Shown here: positions 1-7,838 of the stretch, piece after piece
How the letters are laid out: every line of letters begins with the position of its first letter
How positions within the stretch are numbered: position 1 is the first letter of the stretch
Assembly (NCBI RefSeq): GCF_035285525.1
Contig: NZ_JAYKGW010000010.1
Location: forward strand, 1 to 16,752
Length of the DNA: 16,752 nt
Origin: Okeania sp.
Lineage (GTDB): Bacteria > Cyanobacteriota > Cyanobacteriia > Cyanobacteriales > Microcoleaceae
Direction: 5' to 3'
Position numbers and translations under genes: made by a program
Notes under the pieces: model-generated
Told to the model about the DNA's origin: nothing
What the model saw: only the letters and a program-made list of their open reading frames with translations
Databases searched by the model: none

Positions 1-2
1 GA

Positions 3-494
3 ATTTCTACAAATGCCACAGATTTAATCGAGTCTGAACCACAAAAAAAGCCTAAATCAATAATTAGAAAAAAAGCTCTAAATAAACTTTATATTCAACC
101 TAATGAAAAAACTTATTTAGTCATAAAATTAAGCGATCGCCGTGTCTATCTCTATCAGAATAACCAATTAAAAACCAGTTATCCAATAGCTATTGGCAGA
201 GAAGGATGGGAAACCCCCACAGGAACCCATAAAGTTATCCAAAAAATAGCAAACCCTACTTGGAAACATCCTTTTACAGGAGAAGTTGTACTTCCTGGTC
301 CAGAAAATCCTCTAGGGGTAAGATGGATTGGTTTTTGGACCGATGGCAAAAACTACATTGGTTTTCATGGAACTCCAAACGAAGAAACTGTAGGTGAAGC
401 AGTTTCTCATGGTTGTGTTAGAATGTTGAACCAAGATGTATTAGTTCTATTTGAAAAAGTAGAAATTGGTACAACCGTTGTAGTAGAACAATGA
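3..494 (+). CDS. L,D-transpeptidase (YkuD domain), 5'-truncated by the window edge
   Basis: Frame 3 is open from the window start to TGA at 492-494. It is missing from the ORF track because no start codon lies in the window. My translation ...PIAIGREGWETPTGTHKVIQK...NPLGVRWIGFW...GFHGTPNEETVGEAVSHGCVRMLN... carries the YkuD catalytic HG...SHGCVR motif. Confidence 0.85.
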   Translation: MSTNATDLIESEPQKKPKSIIRKKALNKLYIQPNEKTYLVIKLSDRRVYLYQNNQLKTSYPIAIGREGWETPTGTHKVIQKIANPTWKHPFTGEVVLPGPENPLGVRWIGFWTDGKNYIGFHGTPNEETVGEAVSHGCVRMLNQDVLVLFEKVEIGTTVVVEQ

Positions 495-556
495 ATAATG
501 AATAATTACATCTAGACCTAGAAACCCGGTTTTTTTAAATAATTACATCTAGACCC

Positions 557-589
557 AGAAACCCGCTTTCTTTAAGAAAGCGGGTTTCT
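557..589 (+). terminator. Near-perfect palindromic hairpin downstream of the transpeptidase gene; member of the GAAACCCGGTTTC-type repeat family
   Basis: AGAAACCCGCTTTCTT / AAGAAAGCGGGTTTCT form a 16-bp inverted repeat about 60 nt after the stop codon. A half copy (AATAATTACATCTAGACCnAGAAACCCG) is directly repeated at about 501-528 and 539-565. No strong T-run follows, so terminator function is uncertain. Confidence 0.45.
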
Positions 590-830
590 CTCAGGTAGTT
601 TGCAGTAAGCGCTTTTTTCTGACGGAATGTTGCGCAGCAAAACACACTGTACTAGAATAACTAATGGTGGGTTTCGTACCTCAACCCAACCTACTAATAA
701 TATTTTTTTATCCATAGTTTTATTTATACCTTGAATTTAACAATATAAACTTAAAAAAGTGTCTTAATCTCTAATATATAGTACACTAAAATATTGTACA
801 TTAGATTAATTTTTTGGATATAATTAATGA

Positions 831-1214
831 TTGAAGTCAAAAAAAATTGCTAACAAAGGACGAGGAATTGTTGCGAGACAAGATAGTCATCAAGGAACAT
901 TACTAGAAGTTGCTCCTGTAGAGGTTTTTCCATTTGAACCAGACCAAACTAAAGATGAAACAGGTATCTTTAAATATTACTTTGTATCTCCATTAGAGTA
1001 TAGTAAAAATCACAATATTAACAGATATCTTGTGTTTGGTTTAGCTTCTTTTTGTAATCATGCCAAAAATCCTAATGCTGGTGTAGAGTGGGTTGAAAAT
1101 GAAGTAGGTTTATGGTCACATTTGATTGCCCAGACAGATATTAAAGTAGGTGAAGAAGTAACCCTATTTTATACTAATATTGATGAGTATGCTGATGCAC
1201 AGAAGTTTGTTTAA
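831..1214 (+). CDS. Small SET-domain protein (putative protein-lysine methyltransferase)
   Basis: 127-aa ORF with a TTG start. GRGIVA near the N-terminus, FCNHAKNPNA (NHSxxPN-like) and GEEVTLFY (GEELtxdY-like) are spaced as in minimal bacterial SET domains. Confidence 0.65.
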   Translation: MKSKKIANKGRGIVARQDSHQGTLLEVAPVEVFPFEPDQTKDETGIFKYYFVSPLEYSKNHNINRYLVFGLASFCNHAKNPNAGVEWVENEVGLWSHLIAQTDIKVGEEVTLFYTNIDEYADAQKFV

Positions 1215-1451
1215 TTGTTGGATTATATCATCAGGACTTACCCATAAATCTTCTTGATAAAGCAAATGAATTGCCTAATTTGAACAACAAATTTATTGGT
1301 TCCCATATTGTTAAGACTATAGCTCTATATAGGGACAATTTTTTTTAAAATTAGTTCCGCGTTTTAGGAGTCTTTCAGTTAACAAGGTACAAAATTTATA
1401 GCCATAATTAAAAAGGGAAAGAATTAATAAACTGCACCTTGTTATCTGGGT

Positions 1452-2303
1452 TTAGTCAGGGCGATTACCTATCGTTAAATCGGTAATAAAATCAACCAAT
1501 AAACTATTAAATTTATCGGGTGTTTCCCAATGTGGAGCGTGCCCAGCATTAGCAATATATTGAATTTCTCCATGCCAAAGGGTGGGTATTTTCAAGTTTG
1601 TGATATAGTCAGGATTTACTAACTGCTCTTGTTCCCCATGAATAATCATGAGGGGAACCTTCATATTACCCATAATTTCAATCTCGTCTTGATAACCACC
1701 AGAAGCAATACTTGCACCTAAATTAGCACGCGCTCTGCCATCAGTTAAAGCAATATCTTCTAAGAAAAGCTCAGGAATTTCTACCATATTTGACCTGAAG
1801 AAAGTTGTCACATACGCCAACATATCCTCTTGACTCAGTTCCGAAGTAAAACCTAATCTCAAAGATGGATGTGGCAAAAAAGCATTTTCTAGATCGGGAG
1901 AGTTATTAATTGGTGGCGTACCAAAAATTGCGATACCTTGTGCATCTGTCAGTCTATCACTAGCTTCTAAAAGAATATGTCCTCCTAGACTCCAACCTAC
2001 AAAAATTGCATTAGAAGCATCTAAAGCTTTAGCTACTTCAACAACAGCATCAGCATAACCAGGGAGATTGTAAGTTACTTCTGGGTTAGGAGCTACATCC
2101 GAAATGCCATGACCTGGTAAGTCCATCGCAATCAAGCGATATGTCTCACCCAGTTGAGTCTGTAACTGATGTAGGTAAGAGCGTCCCGATGAAGAATTGC
2201 CATGAACGAGGAAAATAGTTTGTCCCTTACCTGAACTTTCATAATAAGCGATATTTTGGGTACTAATTTCAATTTTTTTTGGTATTAGTTCCATAGTTTT
2301 CAA
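1452..2303 (-). CDS. Alpha/beta-fold hydrolase
   Basis: 283-aa ORF. It shows an HGN oxyanion-type motif (FLVHGNSSSG), the nucleophile elbow GWSLGG, and a C-terminal AGHAPHWE containing the catalytic His. Confidence 0.85.
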   Translation of the reverse strand: MKTMELIPKKIEISTQNIAYYESSGKGQTIFLVHGNSSSGRSYLHQLQTQLGETYRLIAMDLPGHGISDVAPNPEVTYNLPGYADAVVEVAKALDASNAIFVGWSLGGHILLEASDRLTDAQGIAIFGTPPINNSPDLENAFLPHPSLRLGFTSELSQEDMLAYVTTFFRSNMVEIPELFLEDIALTDGRARANLGASIASGGYQDEIEIMGNMKVPLMIIHGEQEQLVNPDYITNLKIPTLWHGEIQYIANAGHAPHWETPDKFNSLLVDFITDLTIGNRPD

Positions 2304-2384
2304 GTATTACTTTGTACAACCATGTAGAGTATAGCAAAACTAATATGATGTCTGATTGAACAGCTATAAATAAATAACTAGGTC

Positions 2385-2440
2385 GGAGTCAGGAGTTCCT
2401 ACGGAATCCTCCGCAAACAGGAGTCAGGAGCCAGGAGGGA
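2385..2440. repeat. STRR-like heptanucleotide repeats (GGAGTCA / GGAGCCA / GGAGGGA)
   Basis: GGAGTCA GGAGTTC at 2385-2398 and GGAGTCA GGAGCCA GGAGGGA at 2420-2440, all with 7-nt periodicity. Confidence 0.5.
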
Positions 2441-2500
2441 AGAAAGAATAACAGGAGAAGAAGGAGAAAGTTTTTTTGATCACTAATTATCCAGACATGA

Positions 2501-2601
2501 TCATGACTTACGCAGCTACCCTAAATATAGTGCTTAAAACTATGGCACTGGTAGTTTTTTGACTATATATATATATAGTACATTTGCGTAAGTCCTGATG
2601 A
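2501..2601. repeat. MITE-like element with AGGACTTACGCA-type terminal inverted repeats
   Basis: Left arm TCATGACTTACGCA (2501-2514) and right arm TGCGTAAGTCCTGATGA (2585-2601) are imperfect reverse complements. The interior is non-coding and includes a (TA)7 run. Solo arms of the same motif occur near 1233-1250, 5527-5540 and 13014-13028. Confidence 0.4.
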
Positions 2602-2740
2602 TATAAAAAACTAAAGCTGAAGAGATATCTTGTTTTTATTTACCTTCTCTTTATAATCTAGAATTTCAAACATCACTAGACATCTCCAAAAACAAAAAAT
2701 TAAATCAATTATCTAACATAAATCATCTATTCTTTCCGCC

Positions 2741-2768
2741 TACTCCCAGCTCCCTACTCCCTATTCCC
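2741..2768. repeat. Four tandem heptamers (TACTCCC AGCTCCC TACTCCC TATTCCC)
   Basis: Direct 7-nt periodicity. It is roughly the complement of the GGAG-type heptamers at 2385-2440. Confidence 0.5.
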
Positions 2769-2792
2769 TCTTTTCTGGAGATGTCTAATACT

Positions 2793-2951
2793 ATCAGGAC
2801 TTACACGGGAGGCACTATATATAGAGTCTTGGTGCGTTGTGCGCTTTACATGTCGCCTAGCGTTTCGGCGCTTGAGCCGACATATAAAGCGGAGCTTTGC
2901 GGAAGGCAAAACGCACCCTACCAATAGCGTTTGCGCGTAAGTCCTAAGTAT
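2793..2951. repeat. Second MITE-like element of the AGGACTTAC(G/A)C TIR family
   Basis: ATCAGGACTTACACG (2793-2807) pairs with GCGCGTAAGTCCTAAGTAT (2933-2951). There is an internal stem GCTTTACATGTCG / CGACATATAAAGC. The 66-aa track ORF 2754..2954 runs through it and is probably not coding. Confidence 0.45.
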
Positions 2952-3095
2952 CAAGGATTACTAAAAAGAAATATCTGGTACCGGAGCATTTTGCTCCCAC
3001 TGTTAATAACAATGGACCACCATTCTTTCTTTCTTCCTTCTTGCTTCTTCCTTCCTTTATAATACTAACGTTACCAAATATAATATTATCCAATT

Positions 3096-5441
3096 ATGCA
3101 AACTACTGATTTTCTAACTCAGCTAAATTTATCTCAACGTCAAGCGGTACAACATTTCTGCGGACCAATGTTGGTGGTAGCGGGTGCGGGTTCCGGTAAA
3201 ACTAGGGCGTTGACTTATCGTGTTGCTCATCTCATCCGTAATCATCGCGTCCATCCAGAAAATATTCTGGCAGTAACGTTTACCAATAAAGCTGCACGGG
3301 AAATGAAAGATCGGATTGAGAAACTTTTTGCTCAACAACAAGCGGAAGCAAAATATGGCAAACCATTTTCGGCATTGACACCGGAGGAACAAACTAGGTT
3401 GCGATCGCAAGTCTATAAAAACATAACTAAACATTTATGGATGGGAACTTTTCATAGTCTTTGCGCTCGTATTTTGCGGTTTGATATTAATAAATATCAG
3501 GATGAAAAAAAACGTCGTTGGGATAAAAATTTTTCTATTTTTGATGAAAGTGATGCTCAAAGTTTAATTAAACAAATTGTTACTAAACAGTTAAATTTGA
3601 GTGATAAAAAATTTGAACCACGTTCTGTTAGATATGCTATTGGTAATGCTAAAAATCAAGGAATGTCGCCTTTAGAATATCAAAGAGCGGAACCAGATTA
3701 TCGGGGGAGAGTAATTGCTGAAGTTTATGAAATTTATCAAGATAATTTAGCTAGAAATAATGCTCTTGATTTTGATGATTTAATTAGAATACCTGTAGAA
3801 TTATTTCGCCAAAATGAACAAGTATTAGCTTATTGGCATCAACATTTTAATCATATTTTAGTGGATGAATATCAAGATACAAATCGGACTCAGTATAATT
3901 TTATTCGACTTTTAGTAACTAATGGTGAAGAGCCTAAATATTTTAAAAAATGGGAAAATCGTTCTATTTTTGTGGTGGGAGATGTAGACCAATCTATTTA
4001 TTCTTTTCGGATGGCAGATTATACAATTTTGTTGGAATTTCAGAATGATTTTGGCGATGGTTTGCCTGATGAAGATACTCGAACTATGATTAAGTTGGAG
4101 GAAAATTATCGGTCCAGGGAAAACATTTTAGAAGTGGCGAATAAATTGATTGAAAATAATACTCAACGTATTGATAAAATTCTCAAACCAACTAGGGGTA
4201 TAGGAGAAGAAATTTATTGTTATGAGGCAGATAGTGAGTTAGAAGAAGCAGAATTTGTTTGTAGTAAAATTATTGAAATTACTGACCAATATCCAGAATT
4301 AGATTTAGGTAGTTTTGCTGTGCTTTATCGGACTAATTCTCAGTCGCGTCCTTTGGAAGAAGCCTTGATTCATGCTAATATTAAATATGTGATAATTGGC
4401 GGTTTAAGATTTTATGACCGGAAAGAAATTAAGGATGCTTTAGCTTATTTACGAGTAATTGCTAATCCGGCTGATACTGTTAGTTTGCTGAGAATTATTA
4501 ATACTCCCAGAAGAGGGATTGGGAAAACCACAATTGATTCTTTAATGACTGCTAGTGTAGAGATGGGAATACCTTTTTGGGAAATAATTAATGAGAAAAC
4601 TTCAGTTAATGCTTTAGCAGGTCGTTCTTCAAAAGCTGTAAATAAATTTGCTGAGATAATTCAACATTGGCAAAATGAGGTAGAAAATTTGACAGCTATG
4701 GAAATTGTGGAAGGAATTTTGCAGGATTCTGGTTATATTGAATCTTTGAAACAACAAGGTACAGAAGATGCAGATAATCGACTGGCAAATTTAGGAGAAT
4801 TACTTAGTGCTGTAGCTCAATTTCAAGAAGATAATGAGGATACAACTTTAGGAAGTTTTTTAGCAAATGCTTCCTTAGCTTCTGATTTAGATAACCTGCA
4901 AGATGGGCAACAAGCTGTATCGTTAATGACCTTACATTCTGCTAAAGGTTTAGAATTTCCAGTAGTATTTATGGTAGGTTTAGAACAAGGTTTATTACCT
5001 CATTTTAGAAGTATAGATGACCCTTTATCTTTAGAAGAAGAAAGACGACTTTGTTATGTAGGAATTACCAGAGCCGAAGAACAATTATTTATTTCTTATG
5101 CCACCGAAAGACGACAACTTTGGGGAAGTCGAGAAGCCACAGCTCCATCACAATTTTTAGGTGAATTACCAGAAGGTTTAGTTAATACTAATGCTCTGAA
5201 AAAGGTAATTTATAGGTCAAAACGTAAGAGTAAAAATACTGACAATACTGTGTTGAAAAAAGCAGTAAATAATCAAACAGAAAATTGGCAAGTAGGGGAG
5301 AAAGTGATGCACGACAATTTTGGTGTGGGGTTAGTAACCAATGTTTTTGGTGAGGGGAGGAAAGTAAGTTTAGGTATCAAATTTGGTAAGAGTAAAAAAA
5401 TTATCGATCCGAAAACTGCACCGATGGAAAAATTGAATTAA
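3096..5441 (+). CDS. pcrA: ATP-dependent DNA helicase, UvrD/PcrA/Rep family (SF1A)
   Basis: 781-aa ORF with all SF1 motifs in order: AGAGSGKTR (I), VTFTNKAAREM (Ia), ILVDEYQDTN (II), VGDVDQSIYSFR (III), EENYRS (IV), LHSAKGLEFPVVF (V) and VGITRAEE (VI). A PcrA-type C-terminal tail follows (WQVGEKVMHDNFGVG). Confidence 0.95.
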   Translation: MQTTDFLTQLNLSQRQAVQHFCGPMLVVAGAGSGKTRALTYRVAHLIRNHRVHPENILAVTFTNKAAREMKDRIEKLFAQQQAEAKYGKPFSALTPEEQTRLRSQVYKNITKHLWMGTFHSLCARILRFDINKYQDEKKRRWDKNFSIFDESDAQSLIKQIVTKQLNLSDKKFEPRSVRYAIGNAKNQGMSPLEYQRAEPDYRGRVIAEVYEIYQDNLARNNALDFDDLIRIPVELFRQNEQVLAYWHQHFNHILVDEYQDTNRTQYNFIRLLVTNGEEPKYFKKWENRSIFVVGDVDQSIYSFRMADYTILLEFQNDFGDGLPDEDTRTMIKLEENYRSRENILEVANKLIENNTQRIDKILKPTRGIGEEIYCYEADSELEEAEFVCSKIIEITDQYPELDLGSFAVLYRTNSQSRPLEEALIHANIKYVIIGGLRFYDRKEIKDALAYLRVIANPADTVSLLRIINTPRRGIGKTTIDSLMTASVEMGIPFWEIINEKTSVNALAGRSSKAVNKFAEIIQHWQNEVENLTAMEIVEGILQDSGYIESLKQQGTEDADNRLANLGELLSAVAQFQEDNEDTTLGSFLANASLASDLDNLQDGQQAVSLMTLHSAKGLEFPVVFMVGLEQGLLPHFRSIDDPLSLEEERRLCYVGITRAEEQLFISYATERRQLWGSREATAPSQFLGELPEGLVNTNALKKVIYRSKRKSKNTDNTVLKKAVNNQTENWQVGEKVMHDNFGVGLVTNVFGEGRKVSLGIKFGKSKKIIDPKTAPMEKLN

Positions 5442-5484
5442 AATTGATCATAATGGAGGGAGAGTTAGAGAAAGAAACTACGCA

Positions 5485-5517
5485 AAGAAACCCGGTTTCT
5501 CGAACAAACCGGGTTTC
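5485..5517 (+). terminator. Hairpin after pcrA; member of the GAAACCCGGTTTC repeat family
   Basis: AGAAACCCGGTTT (5485-5497) and AAACCGGGTTTCT (5505-5517) form a 13-bp perfect stem with a 7-nt loop, 44 nt after the pcrA stop. Only a weak T tract follows. Confidence 0.45.
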
Positions 5518-5556
5518 TGGTTTCATGTGCGTAAGTCCTATGGATAATCAAAAATT

Positions 5557-5615
5557 TCTCTAATTATTTATTATCCATTGTGAAAGCGATATTGCTACCG
5601 CAACGCTGGGCGAAC
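5557..5615 (+). repeat. Partial copy (head part only) of the ~150-nt island repeat
   Basis: TTCTCTAATTATTTATTATCCATTGTGAAAGCGATATTGCTACCGCAACGCTGGGCGAAC matches the 5' part of the repeats at 10081, 11239, 11484 and 12758. The hairpin part is missing. Confidence 0.6.
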
Positions 5616-5638
5616 TCCCTATTAAACATCTATTAACT

Positions 5639-6001
5639 TTAAACAGAGGGACGCCGAATACGGGTTTGGGTTTTATCCGCAACCACCAAACAACCCTGCA
5701 AAGTGGCAAGTGGATATTCCTGTACAACTCGCCTCAAAATATCAAGCACAGCTTGGTTACTTCCACTACCTGGACGCAAAAGTAAAATACCAGGGTGAGT
5801 TCCTGGTGGAAAACGGCGGACATCAGAAAAATCAAGATCGAGAGTAATAAAAAAGCGTCCTTCAGCACAAACTTGCTGCCATACCACCTCATCATCCTCA
5901 CCAGATAATCCTTCATCAGTAACCCGATCGCAATCATACCTCTCATTCCTGAGAAATTTAGCATGAGTAATACTGAGATTTTCATCTAATTTTATCAACA
6001 T
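5639..6001 (-). CDS. DUF5615-family PIN-like (Mut7-C-like) protein; putative toxin partner of the DUF433 gene
   Basis: 120-aa ORF. MLIKLDENLS..., FITLDLDFSD and HPGILLLR match the DUF5615 pattern (xDENl ... T.D.DF ... H.Gii.lr). It starts 5 nt after the stop of the upstream DUF433 gene. Confidence 0.75.
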   Translation of the reverse strand: MLIKLDENLSITHAKFLRNERYDCDRVTDEGLSGEDDEVVWQQVCAEGRFFITLDLDFSDVRRFPPGTHPGILLLRPGSGSNQAVLDILRRVVQEYPLATLQGCLVVADKTQTRIRRPSV

Positions 6002-6006
6002 AATTT

Positions 6007-6243
<237 letters not shown>

Positions 6244-6425
6244 TTAGCTCTCTCTAATTATCAATATTTGATACTTTCATTATAATTGTTTTGGCTAATT
6301 ATAACACTTTTTATTGTATTTATTTAGGCGCTTCAATAATTAACAATTAATAATTAATTATTACCTTTTCAAAAGGTATAAGTTTTACATCAAATTTTTC
6401 AAATAATGCCTACAAAAAAACCAAA

Positions 6426-6467
6426 CTTTTGCTACAATCAAACAACATATAAAATAAGGATAGGTTA
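6426..6467 (+). repeat. Upstream copy of a duplicated ~42-nt leader segment
   Basis: CTTTTGCTACAATCAAACAACATATAAAATAAGGATAGGTTA is a near duplicate of 6530-6573. It includes a TACAAT -10-like hexamer and an AAGGA SD-like motif. Confidence 0.6.
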
Positions 6468-6529
6468 AATAATAATTAATAATTAATAATGAAAACTATC
6501 TATAATTATTCATTGGTAAGTTTTAACAA

Positions 6530-6573
6530 CTTTTCTGCTACAATCAAACAAAATATAAAATAAGGATAGGTTA
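6530..6573 (+). promoter_or_regulatory. Leader of the Uma2-family gene (-10-like TACAAT, SD-like AAGGA); second copy of the duplicated segment
   Basis: CTTTTCTGCTACAATCAAACAAAATATAAAATAAGGATAGGTTA lies immediately before GTGATG at 6574-6579. AAGGA sits about 10 nt upstream of the ATG at 6577. Confidence 0.4.
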
Positions 6574-7485
6574 GTGATGACAGAAACCAAAATTTCCACA
6601 GAACTACTACGTTCTTTTCCTGACAATATCCAACTGCCAAACTCAAACGGCACAACCGAAACCAATAATGAAATTGATTTTCCTGACCATACCCAACTAC
6701 CAGAGTCAGACGGTACATTTGTGAAAAACTTCCAAGAGCATCCCCAAAGCATTATTCTTACAGATTCCATTACTCCAGTTTTGCAGCGCATTCATCCTGA
6801 TGGAGAATATGCTATCGGACAAGACTGTGGCATCTATTGGCGCAAAACCGAGCCTCCCGAACAAGGTGCAGTCTCACCAGATTGGTTTTATGTTCCCAAT
6901 GTCCCTCCCTTACTGGATGGTGAATATCGTCGCTCTTACGTTCTCCTCAGAGAAAAAGTGCCACCATTGATTGCATTAGAACTGGCATCAGGGGATGGCT
7001 CGGAAGAAAGAGATAAAACACCTCTATCCCAAACATCTGAAGGCAAGAAAATTAAACCAGGAAAATTTTGGGTATACGAACAGATAATTGGAATTAAATA
7101 TTACGGTATTTATGAAATTATCAGTGGCCGTCTAGAGGTTTATCAGTTGATAAATGGGCGTTATCAGCAGATGTCACCAAATGAAAGGAATCATTATCCG
7201 ATTGAGAGTTTAGGAGTAGAGTTAGGACTGTGGAAAGGAAATTATGAAAATCAAAAGATGTTGTGGTTGCGTTGGTGGGATGCAGAAGGTAATCTGCTGT
7301 TAATCGGAAACGAACGTGCTGAAATAGAAAAAGCTAGAGCTGAACGTGCTGAATCTGAACTTGAAAAAGCGTTGCTTGTCCAAAAGAAGGCTATTTCTCA
7401 ACTCTTGGCAATAGGGTTAACTGTTGAACAAGTTTCCGAAACTATCAATTTGAGTGTCGAGGAAGTTCAGGAAATTTTACAGTAG
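6574..7485 (+). CDS. Uma2-family (DUF820) PD-(D/E)XK endonuclease-like protein with a coiled-coil and an HTH-like C-terminal tail
   Basis: 303-aa ORF. The track uses GTG at 6574, but ATG at 6577 is the more likely start. It has the N-terminal QLPESDG motif characteristic of Uma2 proteins, then SPDWFYVP...RRSYVLLREKVPPLIALELAS (D...E.xS core). An ERAEIEKARAERAESELEKA coiled-coil follows, and the tail reads LLAIGLTVEQVSETINLSVEEVQEILQ. Confidence 0.8.
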   Translation: MMTETKISTELLRSFPDNIQLPNSNGTTETNNEIDFPDHTQLPESDGTFVKNFQEHPQSIILTDSITPVLQRIHPDGEYAIGQDCGIYWRKTEPPEQGAVSPDWFYVPNVPPLLDGEYRRSYVLLREKVPPLIALELASGDGSEERDKTPLSQTSEGKKIKPGKFWVYEQIIGIKYYGIYEIISGRLEVYQLINGRYQQMSPNERNHYPIESLGVELGLWKGNYENQKMLWLRWWDAEGNLLLIGNERAEIEKARAERAESELEKALLVQKKAISQLLAIGLTVEQVSETINLSVEEVQEILQ

Positions 7486-7525
7486 TAGATTGGGTATTGC
7501 GTAAAATATAAAAATATAGAATACT

Positions 7526-7555
7526 TGTAGGGGTTGACGGCCGTTAACCCCTACA
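7526..7555. repeat. Palindromic GTAGGGG...CCCCTAC element just after the Uma2 gene
   Basis: TGTAGGGGTTGACGG / CCGTTAACCCCTACA form a 15-bp palindrome with one mismatch, 41 nt after the stop. It may act as a terminator hairpin. A related GTAGGGA...TCCCTAC hairpin lies at about 11401-11440. Confidence 0.5.
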
Positions 7556-7558
7556 AAG

Positions 7559-7627
7559 CAGAAACCGGGTTTATGGACGAAATCTGCTCGTTTGAACAAA
7601 AATATGATAGGAATAAACCCGGTTTCT
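7559..7627. repeat. Small inverted-repeat element of the GAAACCCGGTTTC family
   Basis: AGAAACCGGGTTTAT (7559-7573) and ATAAACCCGGTTTCT (7613-7627) are perfect 15-nt reverse complements around a roughly 39-nt non-coding core. Confidence 0.55.
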
Positions 7628-7838
7628 TGACTGGTTTGCGTAATGTCTAATACTTTTTGCTGAATTTTGTCGAAATTTGATAACAAAATTATTTGTTTAT
7701 GCTATGGTATGAGGCTGAAAAATTGACTAGTCATCACAAAGTTTTCCTAGGGGAGGATCGTGGACAATTTCTTGCAGCAAGAATCCGGCAAATTTGGGTC
7801 AGGGTTTGACGAAATATTAGCTGGGATAAATAGACAAA

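Noticed and set aside
770-810. The GTACAC...TGTAC palindrome upstream of the SET gene as a possible NtcA (GTA-N8-TAC) site.
   Set aside because: The spacing between GTA and TAC is 13 nt rather than 8, so it does not fit the consensus.
2754-2954. The 66-aa minus-strand ORF in the hydrolase-pcrA spacer.
   Set aside because: It coincides almost exactly with a MITE-like element bounded by inverted repeats, it is Arg/Cys-rich, and it shows no family motif.
2436-3058. A purine-rich tract (2436-2472) and a pyrimidine-rich tract (3024-3058) as possible terminal inverted repeats of a ~620-nt element.
   Set aside because: They are only compositionally complementary. I could not align them base for base beyond short GAAGGA-type words.
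3129-3434. The 101-aa minus-strand ORF inside pcrA.
   Set aside because: It is antisense to a region holding conserved helicase motifs I and Ia, so it is a shadow ORF.
5734-5985. The 83-aa alternative-frame ORF inside the DUF5615 gene.
   Set aside because: It lies on the same strand in a different frame. The 120-aa frame carries the family motifs and this one has none.
6489-6563. A 24-codon ORF (MKTIYNYSLVSFNNFSATIKQNIK) between the duplicated leaders, as a possible leader peptide.
   Set aside because: It lies in extremely AT-rich sequence where short ORFs arise by chance, and nothing beyond position supports it. It is mentioned only within the leader-duplication finding.
6506-6791. Minus-strand ORFs 6506..6718 and 6510..6791.
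   Set aside because: They are antisense to the 5' end of the Uma2 gene and its leader, and show no motifs.
7477-7686. The 69-aa minus-strand ORF after the Uma2 gene.
   Set aside because: It is made up of the GTAGGGG palindrome and the GAAACCGGGTTT inverted-repeat element. Such repeat-derived ORFs are common annotation artefacts in cyanobacteria.
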